NCBI GenBank assembly: GCA_002104905.1
Contig: MCFE01000770.1
Coordinates: 1 to 37,681 of the forward strand
Length of the DNA stretch: 37,681 bases
From: Basidiobolus meristosporus CBS 931.73
Lineage: Eukaryota; Fungi; Basidiobolomycota
Direction of reading: 5' to 3'
Of this stretch, positions 11,201 to 20,314 are shown in pieces (position 1 is the first letter of the stretch; each line of letters starts with the position of its first letter). The position numbers and the translations under genes were made by a program. Below the pieces are notes generated by a model. The model was not told the origin of the DNA and made no database searches. It was given only the letters and a program-made list of their open reading frames with translations.

Positions 11201-13838
11201 AGCAAGTTTTGCAGGTATAAACTGGTAGAGCACATTCACCATGCATCTCTGGAACTGAGCCACAGAGTTTGTTGCCCCTTGGCTGAGTCTTGTCATTCTT
11301 AACAGTCCAAATGGAGTCAGGAGTGCAAACATATCTCTTAATGTTTCATCTAGGGGGATCTGGTCATATCCTGAGTAGAGATCATACGTTGAGTAGATGG
11401 AGTGACCACTAAAGCTCTCTGCAAAGTCATCAATAGATGGAGGTATGGTGGCATCTCTGATAGTAACAGCATTTGCAGGTTGCATGTCTTGAATGAATTA
11501 AAGCTTTCCATTCTTCTTTTTGGTCACAAACCATCTGTTAGCATAAGATCCATGGCAAGGTTCTAGGATACCAGCTTCAATCTTCTTCTTAAGTAGGTCA
11601 AGCACATCAGCTTGGAGTCCTCTAGGCAGTGGGTAAGGCTTGAATGACAAGGGTGTGTGGGGCACTATATGAATCTTGGTAGGTATTTCAACCAATGTCT
11701 TTAAGAGTCCCATCTCCTTGTTGCTATATGAGAGAACCTTATCATATCTTTTCAGGGTTTCTTCAAATAGTATGATCTCATCCAGTGTTAGGTTTCCATC
11801 ACCAATGATAAGTTGCTTGAGTCTCTCAGGTGTAAGTTGTATATTTTCTGGTGTTCCTTCTGGTGGTCTAATGTAATTAGCAGGTTGAGATCCATCAGTT
11901 AAAGGTGTAAGTGATGGTCTAATCTTCTGTTCTACTGTCTTGTATTTTGTGCAAACCATAGCTGTCTGCTCCTGTATACCTAATGAGCAGCTCCAACTGT
12001 TGGGGTGTATATTGTCAGGCTCCTCATCTTCTTCTATAACAAGATGTGTCTTCTGGCAAGCAGTATGTGTCCTCTTGTTGTTGGGTGTTACCCCACAGAA
12101 TGTTGACTGTAGTCCTGGGCTTGAGCCTTGTACAGTGTACCACACTGACCCATCAGAATAGTTGGTAGTTGTAGCCTTAGTACTGGTCTCCCATTGTCTG
12201 CCTAACAGAAGGTCAAAGTTTGCCTTCTGGCAGATAAGGAGGGGAAGCCAGACCTTGATTCCTTGTACCTCAATAGGGAACTTGTGCACTCCACCATAGA
12301 GTGGGCAAGATCCTGAGTTTGCATCAGTCATGTTCCATCCAATATCTCTATCAACAGGCAGTAGCTCCTTGCTTCTAAGTGTCTTCCAGAAGTCTAGCAG
12401 CATAACACAAATCTCCACACCACTGTCAATGTGGCAGTCAACAGGATTATCATATAAATACCCTTTCACCACAGCAGTTGCAACTGAGTAAAAGGTCTTA
12501 TATTTGGTAGTGTTGTTATCCTTTTGATGATCTTCATGGTTTGTCTGGATTATATGGGTGTCCATATGTTCAACAGCTTGTCTTCTTGTTCTAAGCTGCT
12601 CATCAACGGTCTTCCTAACAGACAGTGATACACTCATGATTTCTCCAACTGACAAGGTGACGTTCTGCTTCAGCAGCTTCTCAGTCATCAGTTGGGGGCT
12701 TGAGTAGCCTGCTATCTTTGAGGTCATCTCAAAGTGAGGCAATGAGTCTTGGGTGGGCAGTATTCCTGGCCTCTTGTCAATGATAACCTCAGGCTCTTCA
12801 AACCGTGGTCTTCTAAGGATGGGCTTGACAGGTTCTTCAGCAAGGTGTCTCTTGGTAGCAAAGGCCTCTACATTGTATTTTCTGTTGTCAGGGCTGCTTG
12901 GACCCACTATATGAATCTCAATAGGGGCATCAACAGTAATCTTTCTAGTTGCCGAGTCAGACATCTGGAAAAGGGCTCTCATTCTGCCTCTTTGGAAATT
13001 AGTGGGAATCCTTTTTCCTTCCTTGTCAGCAAGCATTCAATCAGCATCAAACTCTTCCTTCTCTAAGTTGCTGACTAAGTTCTGAGCATTCTTGTCTGGC
13101 ATGCTGGGTAGAGTCACACCAGATGCAGTGTCTGGGCAAAGGTCTTTGGCCCTCAGTAGCTACCTCAGCTGAGCCGTTGAACTTGAGGGCTAGCTTTTGC
13201 AGCTGTTCAGCAAGTTGGTCAATTCTGTCAGTAGTGTAGGTCTAATTGTCAGCAACAGCACTCCTTAGCTCCTTGGTTGGCTGGTCTGGCAGATTAAATG
13301 TCAGGAGTCTTGTAAAGGTAGAAGTTTGTTTTGCCTCAAGGAGTACACATTTCATCTCTGCAAAGCAAGGAATGCCAGACTTGTAATCCTTTGCCTCATG
13401 TAAGTCAACCTTCCTTGCCAAGTCCTGGGGAAGCCCTTGTGCAAGGTAAAGTGTCATGGTAAACTCAGTTATAGCCAGGGACTCTAGGAGTGGCTGGGAC
13501 ATATCTTCATACTGTTGAATGAACTCTTCAAGTGGTAGCTTGGAAAGTCCTGTCCTTCCAAAGCATCTGAGGTCTTCAATTCCATAGTATATTTGGGGTC
13601 TACCATACTTGGTCTGTAGGTAGGTCTTCATTGAGGCCCAGTCTGTGAGAATGTCTCCTTGTCTGAGAAGCTTAGTAGTAATATCATTGGTGCAGTGGCA
13701 GGGGAAGTCTTCAGCCATTTCTTATTCACATAGGCTGCACATCTTGCAGAGCTTCTCCCATCTGAATATGAAGCTTTCCACATTCTTTCCATCAAGCTGT
13801 GAGGCTCCATGTGAGAGTGGTAATAGCATAGAGTTCAT
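8212..13838 (-). pseudogene. pol: Ty3 D Gag-Pol
   Basis: Gag start MNSMLL...LDGKNVESF at 13838. CCHC knuckle CIWCDSTQHARQEC at ~13070-13115, protease IDSGVE, RT DLYSGYDQI and FVDDI, RNase H VDAS, integrase GHRGRD, VGIDL and GMVERG, and GPF motif. In-frame stops at 11498 and 9984; frameshifts near 13045 and 10480. Confidence 0.93.
8655..9458 (-). repeat. Solo LTR D2 (related to the D LTR) inserted in the D integrase
   Basis: TGTGGTGGTGTAG...CTACCACA, 804 bp, with a perfect 4-bp TSD GCGT (8651-8654, 9459-9462). Removing it restores WADRITTKR|STGLSPF. Confidence 0.93.
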
Positions 13839-13955
13839 TTTGGGTAGGTAGGTTGGTGTTGTAGTCTTGATAATATTGATAGTCTCTTTTCAATAGATGG
13901 GTAATGGCTCAAATCTTCAGGTAAATCTTGTTGGGTCCTAGGGAGCTTGTATTAA

Positions 13956-13973
13956 CCCCCACATTGGGTGCCA
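13956..13973 (-). promoter_or_regulatory. Ty3 D primer-binding site (tRNA-Lys type)
   Basis: TGGCACCCAATGTGGGGG, 4 nt inside the 5' LTR. Equals the tRNA-Lys(CUU) PBS TGGCGCCCAACGTGGGG with both CpGs mutated. Confidence 0.8.
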
Positions 13974-13977
13974 ATTA

Positions 13978-15060
13978 TGTGGTGGTGTATAAGTCCAAAG
14001 GGCAAAATACGGCCAACACTTCTCATGTGTGAATGTGTGTGGGGTGTTCACTGGGTGCAATAACCTCTGGCAAAAGCTTGCTAGGAATACTGGGTCTTTT
14101 GTCTAATCTAATGTGAAGGGGGGATAAAGCCTCAAGCTTGTCAAGGGAAAACTATTGAACTACAATCCCCAACTTAGTTGGCATCTTAACAAAAGCTTAT
14201 AATGGCCTCAACGTCCTTTGAGATGACAATGTACTAAAGCTTCCAAAGTCAAAACAACTATAAGCTCCACCAACAGGAACTTGATAAGAATGCAGCTTTG
14301 ACCAATAGTTACAAAAATTGAAAAGTATCTTTGCCTGTACAAGAACAAACTTGGGAAAACAATCAAATATAATAAAATATACCTACTCTGAGTATTCCTC
14401 ACAAGTAGTGCCTCCAAGGTCAGTTGGCTATCAGCGCAGTTTCCTGGGAGTATTGTCAGGTCTGAGTCAGATAATAGTGGTAAGAGGCAGCAGTGATCTC
14501 ACTAATCAATAAGTAGGAATATTGGAAGAGGGATGATTTATTTTAAGGGATAGCCTCCCTTATATACATTTTTTGCTGCTCTAATTCTTGCTAGAAAAAT
14601 ACTTTCCAGAAGTTTCCAGAAGGTAGTAGACAGCCAATCATTTCATTGTGTACTAAAAATAGCACAAATTTTTGGCAGATTGTTCTATGAGACATAGTAG
14701 CACCTAGCCAATCAGGTAGTGGTAATATGAGACCCCTGTGTCATGTAGTTGCCTCTTATAGTAGTAGGATAGGAGGGTTATGAAACCAAGATGGTCACAT
14801 AACTTGGGCACTGTTGGGGGTACTTGCCTTATATGCTAACAAACTTATCTTGGCATCTTGGCAAGGAATAGGAACAGCTTGTGCAATGGGTTAATAGTGA
14901 CAAATAGTTTGTCAGGTTGCATAGTAATAATCACAAAGACAGAATAGAAAATATTGCAATTTGGGATGATACTAATATAGGGGGGGGTAATCCTTTTTAG
15001 GGAAGTGAACATATAGGAATGAGCACATCTGCCTGTGGGTGTCACTGTGACCCCACTACA
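13978..15060 (-). repeat. Ty3 D 5' LTR
   Basis: Direct repeat of 7025-8107, adjacent to the PBS. Confidence 0.95.
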
Positions 15061-16200
15061 CTGGTTTAAAGTCTTCCATTTGGTACTTCTTTAGTGTATC
15101 TTGAATATACTTGACTGGCTTAGGGTGATGGTCTGGGTACTTCTGTCTATGGAGAACTTAATCTCTAAGTAGTAACTGAGCTCTCCTATATCAGACATCT
15201 TGAACTCCTAAATAGGCTGGATTTAGTCTCTTCCAATGTTTCTAGATTATTGGTGGCTATAATAAGATCATCCACACATAGAGCTAATAGAACTGGATTT
15301 GCTCTATCTGGTTTATGGTATATACTATAGTCAGCATTACTCATTTTGAAACTCAAAGATTCCAAATAAAAATTTATCTTGCAATCCAGGCTCCTGGTGA
15401 TTGTTTGAGACCATATAATGACTTTTTGAGCTTGCAGACCAAATGGGGGTTATCTTGGTCAGCAAACTCAGCAGGCTGGTCCAAATACAGTCCTCATCAA
15501 GTTCCCATTCAAAGATGCAGTTTTTACATCCATTTGAGGAATAAAAAACGTATATTTGGCTGCAATAGCCATTATTAATCTGATGGAATTAAACTTGGCT
15601 ACCAGTGCAAAGGTCTTGGTATAGTCAAGTCCTTTTGTCTGAGAGTATCCTTTGCCACAAGTCTTGCTTTGCATCTTTCTACTGCACCATCAGACTTGTA
15701 TTTTGTCTTCAAGACCCTTCTGCATCCAATTGATTTTTGGTTGATTGTTAATTTGACTAAGTTCCAAGTATGATTTTCCATCAGGGCCTGATATTCCTCA
15801 GTCATTGCAGATCTCCAAAACTTTGTCTGAGGGCTACTTAGGGCCTCTTTTACAGTCTAGGGTTCATCAGTATGGACTGAATAGGCATAGGCTAAGTTTG
15901 TATCTACATTGATATTGTAATTTAGGCTATTTCTTGTCCAATTGGATATCCAGGCATTTGATACTGGAATGATCACTTCTGGGATATTCCTGGGCACTGA
16001 TTCTGGCTGAAACATAGTTGTAGAGTCCTCTGGAGTGAAAAAATTATCATTGTTTTGCTCTGATTCAATCCTGACAATTGGTGGACTTGAGATCAGATTT
16101 TTGTCATTGTCTGATGTCATTTTTTGTGAAAATTTTAAATTTTCATCAAGCAATACATCCCTGGACTTGATTAACTTCTTTGATTTGATATTGTAGAGTG
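15061..16200 (-). pseudogene. pol: Copia A2 RT and IN-RT spacer
   Basis: CVDDLIIATNN (YVDD motif), FALVAKFNSIRLIM, QMDVKTASLNG. Nucleotide homology to the A1 spacer/RT at ~5240-5890. Confidence 0.9.
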
Positions 16201-16458
16201 TCTTGTTGGTATTAACTTTCAATGTTTTGACCACAATACCAGGTACCCAGAACATGAAAATTCTCAAAGTTGCCCAAACAGCCCCAAACCTTGCACATAT
16301 GCTCTTGGGACCTTCCTTAACCTATTTTTTGTGTTTGTAATGCCAAGACAAGGTAAAAGTATAAATATTACTCTTACATTCAGTATATCATATAGTGATA
16401 ACCATATAATCTAATTGTTCTGCCAATCACTTCCAATATCTCCAAGACTGTTACAACA
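16200..16458 (+). repeat. 5'-truncated copia A LTR
   Basis: Matches the 3' ~260 bp of the A LTR and ends ACTGTTACAACA. No PBS follows. Confidence 0.85.
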
Positions 16459-17049
16459 CATATTGCTTTTGGTATCAGATATCAGAAGCTGTATACACTT
16501 ACTTATATTCCATCATATCTGGAAGCCAATATATGTAACCCCTATGAAAGATAAGTTGGTCCTGCTGGTGGATCCAATCTGGATCAGCCACCAGGATCCT
16601 ATTTGAAGACCACCATAATACCAGCAGCTTGGAATTAGTGAATATCCTGAGAGTCATATGGTAGGATTACAACAGCATATTGCTAATTTTACTGCCAAAT
16701 AAATTTGTAAAACTTGACAGGGTTTTGTTGATGCTATGTCAATAATTTCATGGCATTGTTATAGTCTTAACATGCTCTACAACTATTTAAATTATCTAAC
16801 CAGCCAGTAGATCCAATTGCCTTATATGGCAAAAATATGACTGCATTCTGATAGCCTTATTGCAAGCCTCTGATGGCATTATCATGGCCATATGGTGGCC
16901 TACAGCTAGTTCTGTATAGTGCTACCATACCAATTTACCAAATGGTATTCCATTTTCTACATCCCCTTATGCAAATCATATATGCAACTGTAGATTAACC
17001 CCTCTTTATTTGCTTACCCACTACTACCTTGGGTATTCCACATATAGCT

Positions 17050-18245
17050 CAAATCAAAAAAGCTATGGCCTCCTACTTACTAACCTCTACAAACATGCAA
17101 ACCCAATGCTATTGACATACTGCTATCACCTCAACTTTAGAGCTTTTTAGTGTGATACTTGCAAAGTTGCCTTATACCTTGTACTGCTGGTTGCATATGC
17201 ATCCTGCAAACATATGCTTGCTTGCCACCACTTCTGCCTTGAATACCTCCTGAATATCACAAATAACTTTTCAGTATTTAGCCATTATATTCCTTCTCCC
17301 TGCTAGATTCTAGTCCTCCTTATAGGTGCACTCTGGCTTGTGTAGAAGTTGGCTTGTGACCAAGAGAAATTAAGCATACCTTGGTAGAGTTTTACTAATA
17401 AAAATTATTGGCTTGTTGCACCTAACCCAGCTTTGCATTACTTAAGTAATTACCCACACAATGGGGCTACTTAGCTTCTCAATGCCATAGGCATAGGTGT
17501 CTCCATTTGAACATCTGTCCCCTGTATTTTCAACTCTTCCTGGCTGTCCTCCATGTGCCAGCTAATCACATTCACAACAGACTTGATAGTAATATTCTTG
17601 ATGAGATTAGGATATGCTAGTAGCTGCAACCTGACTTGTCTTCCTATCTCCCCACACATTGGCTCCATAGGAGACTCCCACAAGGCAAACAAAGGCCCAA
17701 ATTCTCCACTCACCAAGCAAGATGGAGTAGAGAATGGATACAGTAGTGACAGAGATCCATTTGTTCAGCTTTATGTTAGTAGTATAGATGCTCAAATCCT
17801 GCTACAAACTCCTTGCACCACAGCTGTAGATGTGTCAAGTTGTCATTGGTGATCTGCTTCTAGATAAATATTCCTACAATGTCTGCATATGACTCCCAAT
17901 GCTTCCAGTGTACTCTTTGTGGGAATGGCTACAGAACACCACTTGAATAAATACATATCCAGTTCATCCAGTCTTTGCATTTGTATTGTTGCATATGCGT
18001 AGGAATCTTAATTGAAGCCTGTGCAAAGTACTTAGGATAGTGGATACTATGTAATATCTTGCCAATCCTGTCAGATTTCTCTAGTATCTTGAAGGGCTCA
18101 TTTAGCTTGAAATGCCCCTTGTACAACTTGGTCATCAGTATAGGGATATTGATGAAAAGCAAATGCATTGCTCCCATTGGAATGCTTTTGCTCCAACAGA
18201 TGCCCTCTATCTTAAGTATATCTGGATTCTAATTGACTCTGTATT
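17050..18245 (-). pseudogene. CACTA/En-Spm (CMC)-type transposase relic
   Basis: Minus translation across stops gives SIPMGAMHLLFINI, YKCKDWMNWICIYSSGVL, EFVAGFEHLYY, CIHSLLHL and GPLFALWESPMEPMCGEIGR. These resemble the fungal CACTA motifs D.MH.LF, EW..W...YS and H.LLH...GPL...W.F.MER.CG. The left boundary is approximate. Confidence 0.75.
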
Positions 18246-18475
18246 CCAGCCAATGGCTTATAGCTTGAGAAACTGCTGAAAATCCAGAAAATAGACTTGT
18301 TCTGTTGGATAATGCCACATAGTGCCAGCCTGTTTATGGTGCCAGATTGATCTAGCACTCTACAGCACTATCTGGCACTATAATTTCTACCATGTTGCCA
18401 GTGGTATGATACAGTTACTGGTAATTTTACTCAATCTTACTTATGTTGCTCAGAATAGTGCTTTCCTTGCTTTAT

Positions 18476-18955
18476 TTACTCTTCATAATGCTCCAGACAC
18501 ATTTCTCTCAGTGGATGTCTTCTTGTATGAGCATACTGTGCATTAATAAGTATCTTAACTATTTCACCTATTCTGCTGTTTTCTCCTATATATGACTTTC
18601 CTCTGTATTTATCTGCCAATATGCTGAATCTCTTCAGATATCCAACTGTGTGCTCCACCCTCACTCTGAAATGATTAAATATCTCATTGTAGAGCTTCTG
18701 CTTCCTGCTAAGCACACCATTTCTTGGCTTCCTATAAGCTGTAATACATCATAATCTGTGACAATCCTCTCCTATTTAGGCCAAGTCTGCCAAATATTTC
18801 TCCCCTCTACTGAATTCAGGATGATTCTCTACCCAGAGTGCTTTGTCATGCCTACTTCCAGCAAATTGCCCACTAAACCAGATGATGTTACCCTCAATGT
18901 CAGACAGTGCTTGAAACTTCACACCGTGTGCTTTGTACTTGCCAGAATAAAAGTG
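18476..18955 (-). pseudogene. DDE_Tnp_4-like (IS5/ISL2-type) transposase, C-terminal half
   Basis: YSGKYKAHGVKFQALSDIEG, GSRHD, YLADLA*IG, RKQKLYNEIFNHFRVRVEHTVGYLKRFSIL. The N-terminal ~500 bp present in copy 2 is missing. Confidence 0.9.
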
Positions 18956-19230
18956 CCTCTAAATCTCCATCAATTGCCATGTATCCCATCATTATGTCGC
19001 AAAAATCATCCGCAAACAATGCCTTGGTACTTTTATTGATGCTTTAATCATAGATCTATAATCAAATAGGAAATCTGCAATTGATGTGATCTGATCCATG
19101 TCAATGCAATCTGAGATGCATCATGCATTATATATGGAAAATTCAACAATCATATTAGTTTTCATTTATATTTCATATAAGCCCAGGTTGATGCCAATAT
19201 ACTGATGTATAAGTATCCAAATCTGTTGCT

Positions 19231-20314
19231 ATGGTCCCCATACCAAGCCTCAACTCATCTTTAGTACAACCCAGACAAAACCCATCCCCCAGCTCACAAG
19301 CACGGTCCGGACCGGATAAGTTGATGTCAGATCCGTTTGAGTTCTTGCCAAATGATTTTAGTATGGCCCAAGTGTCTATGATGAGCCTTCATACAGATAT
19401 TTGGGCACTACTGATTAATCTAGCAGAACTAGATACCTCAGAGAGTTGACAAAGATGGAAGAATTTGAGTAGAAAGCTGTGGCATGAGTTCTACATCAAG
19501 ATGCCAGCTGATGTATTTAAAAAGATATATAACAAGACAAGTATTGAAATCAAGAATGAGCTGAGAGTGAGGGGATTTGACAAAGAGGTCATGCAGGAAC
19601 AATTTTGCACGCAATTTGCACAATACGGGCTGGATGCGTCCATTTGTGCCTCAACTTTGGGAACCAAAGAGATTTTGAATGAGTTTTTGCCTCAAATGAC
19701 TAATGTATTATGTGATATATCAGTAGAGCTAAGTGGCTTCTGAGAGCAATATACACAGGACTCATCCAGGCAACAGCTCCAAAGTATCAGACAGAGGGTA
19801 AGTGAATACCTTGAGGAATCAGATGGTGAGCTTCAGGAGGAAAAATACAGACCGCAAGCAACATTGTCCAGATTGTGCCAGCACGCCTTGCTGGATTCCC
19901 TACCATCTCTTGCAACCACAGCGCGCCAGCGCAGGTCAGTCCAGACCACACCAACACCCTTTACCAGAATGCAAAACTACAAGAACTTGCCAAACTGCTC
20001 ATTTAGACACAAGTACATTGGAGCGGACCAAGTTGCGTCAACATGCGGCATCACATCAAACTCAGCCAAGGGCCATCTCAACGCGTCAAGGCATGCCTGC
20101 GCGTGCCGTTTCACCTGACCATCAGCTAGTTACTTCTGGTGAACTGACTGATGATGACCAACATGAAGTGCGTCAACCACCTGAGCCCTTGGCAAGTAAA
20201 AGAACGCATCAGTGCGTGGCACTACAGGCCGGGTCAGTTGGTTCAGTTGGAGCAATTCAGCATGGCCAAGCTGCAGCATTGCACTCATTAACTAGGAGGC
20301 AAAATACTGACTAG
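19231..20314 (+). pseudogene. PHIS ORF2, unknown protein (~370 aa consensus), possible Myb/SANT-like N-terminus
   Basis: ORFs 19231, 19465 and 19864 share one frame, broken by two TGA codons. The C-terminus is in the 19802 frame. Conservative substitutions relative to copy 2. Confidence 0.7.

Larger units (their letters stand above)
7025..15060 (-). mobile_element. Ty3/gypsy retrotransposon D, near full length
   Basis: Two 1083-bp LTRs, PBS, gag-PR-RT-RH-IN order, and a 4-bp TSD CTGG (7021-7024, 15061-15064) inside the copia A2 RT. Confidence 0.95.
5900..16200 (-). mobile_element. Ty1/copia copy A2 (3' half), inverted inside A1 and interrupted by Ty3 D
   Basis: 3' LTR and PPT, RNase H/RT at 6260-7024, RT resuming at 15061 and running to the IN-RT spacer near 16200. 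Confidence 0.9.

Noticed and set aside
13040-13060. Programmed gag-pol frameshift in Ty3 D
   Set aside because: There is no clear slippery site, and the element has several other decay stops and frameshifts. A small deletion explains it.
9761-13066. + strand ORFs opposite Ty3 D pol (e.g. 9761..10072, 12749..13066)
   Set aside because: These are antisense shadows of pol with no motifs.
16200-16458. 3' LTR of A1 or A0
   Set aside because: The downstream bases CATAT match neither expected TSD (GGAAG or AGTAC).
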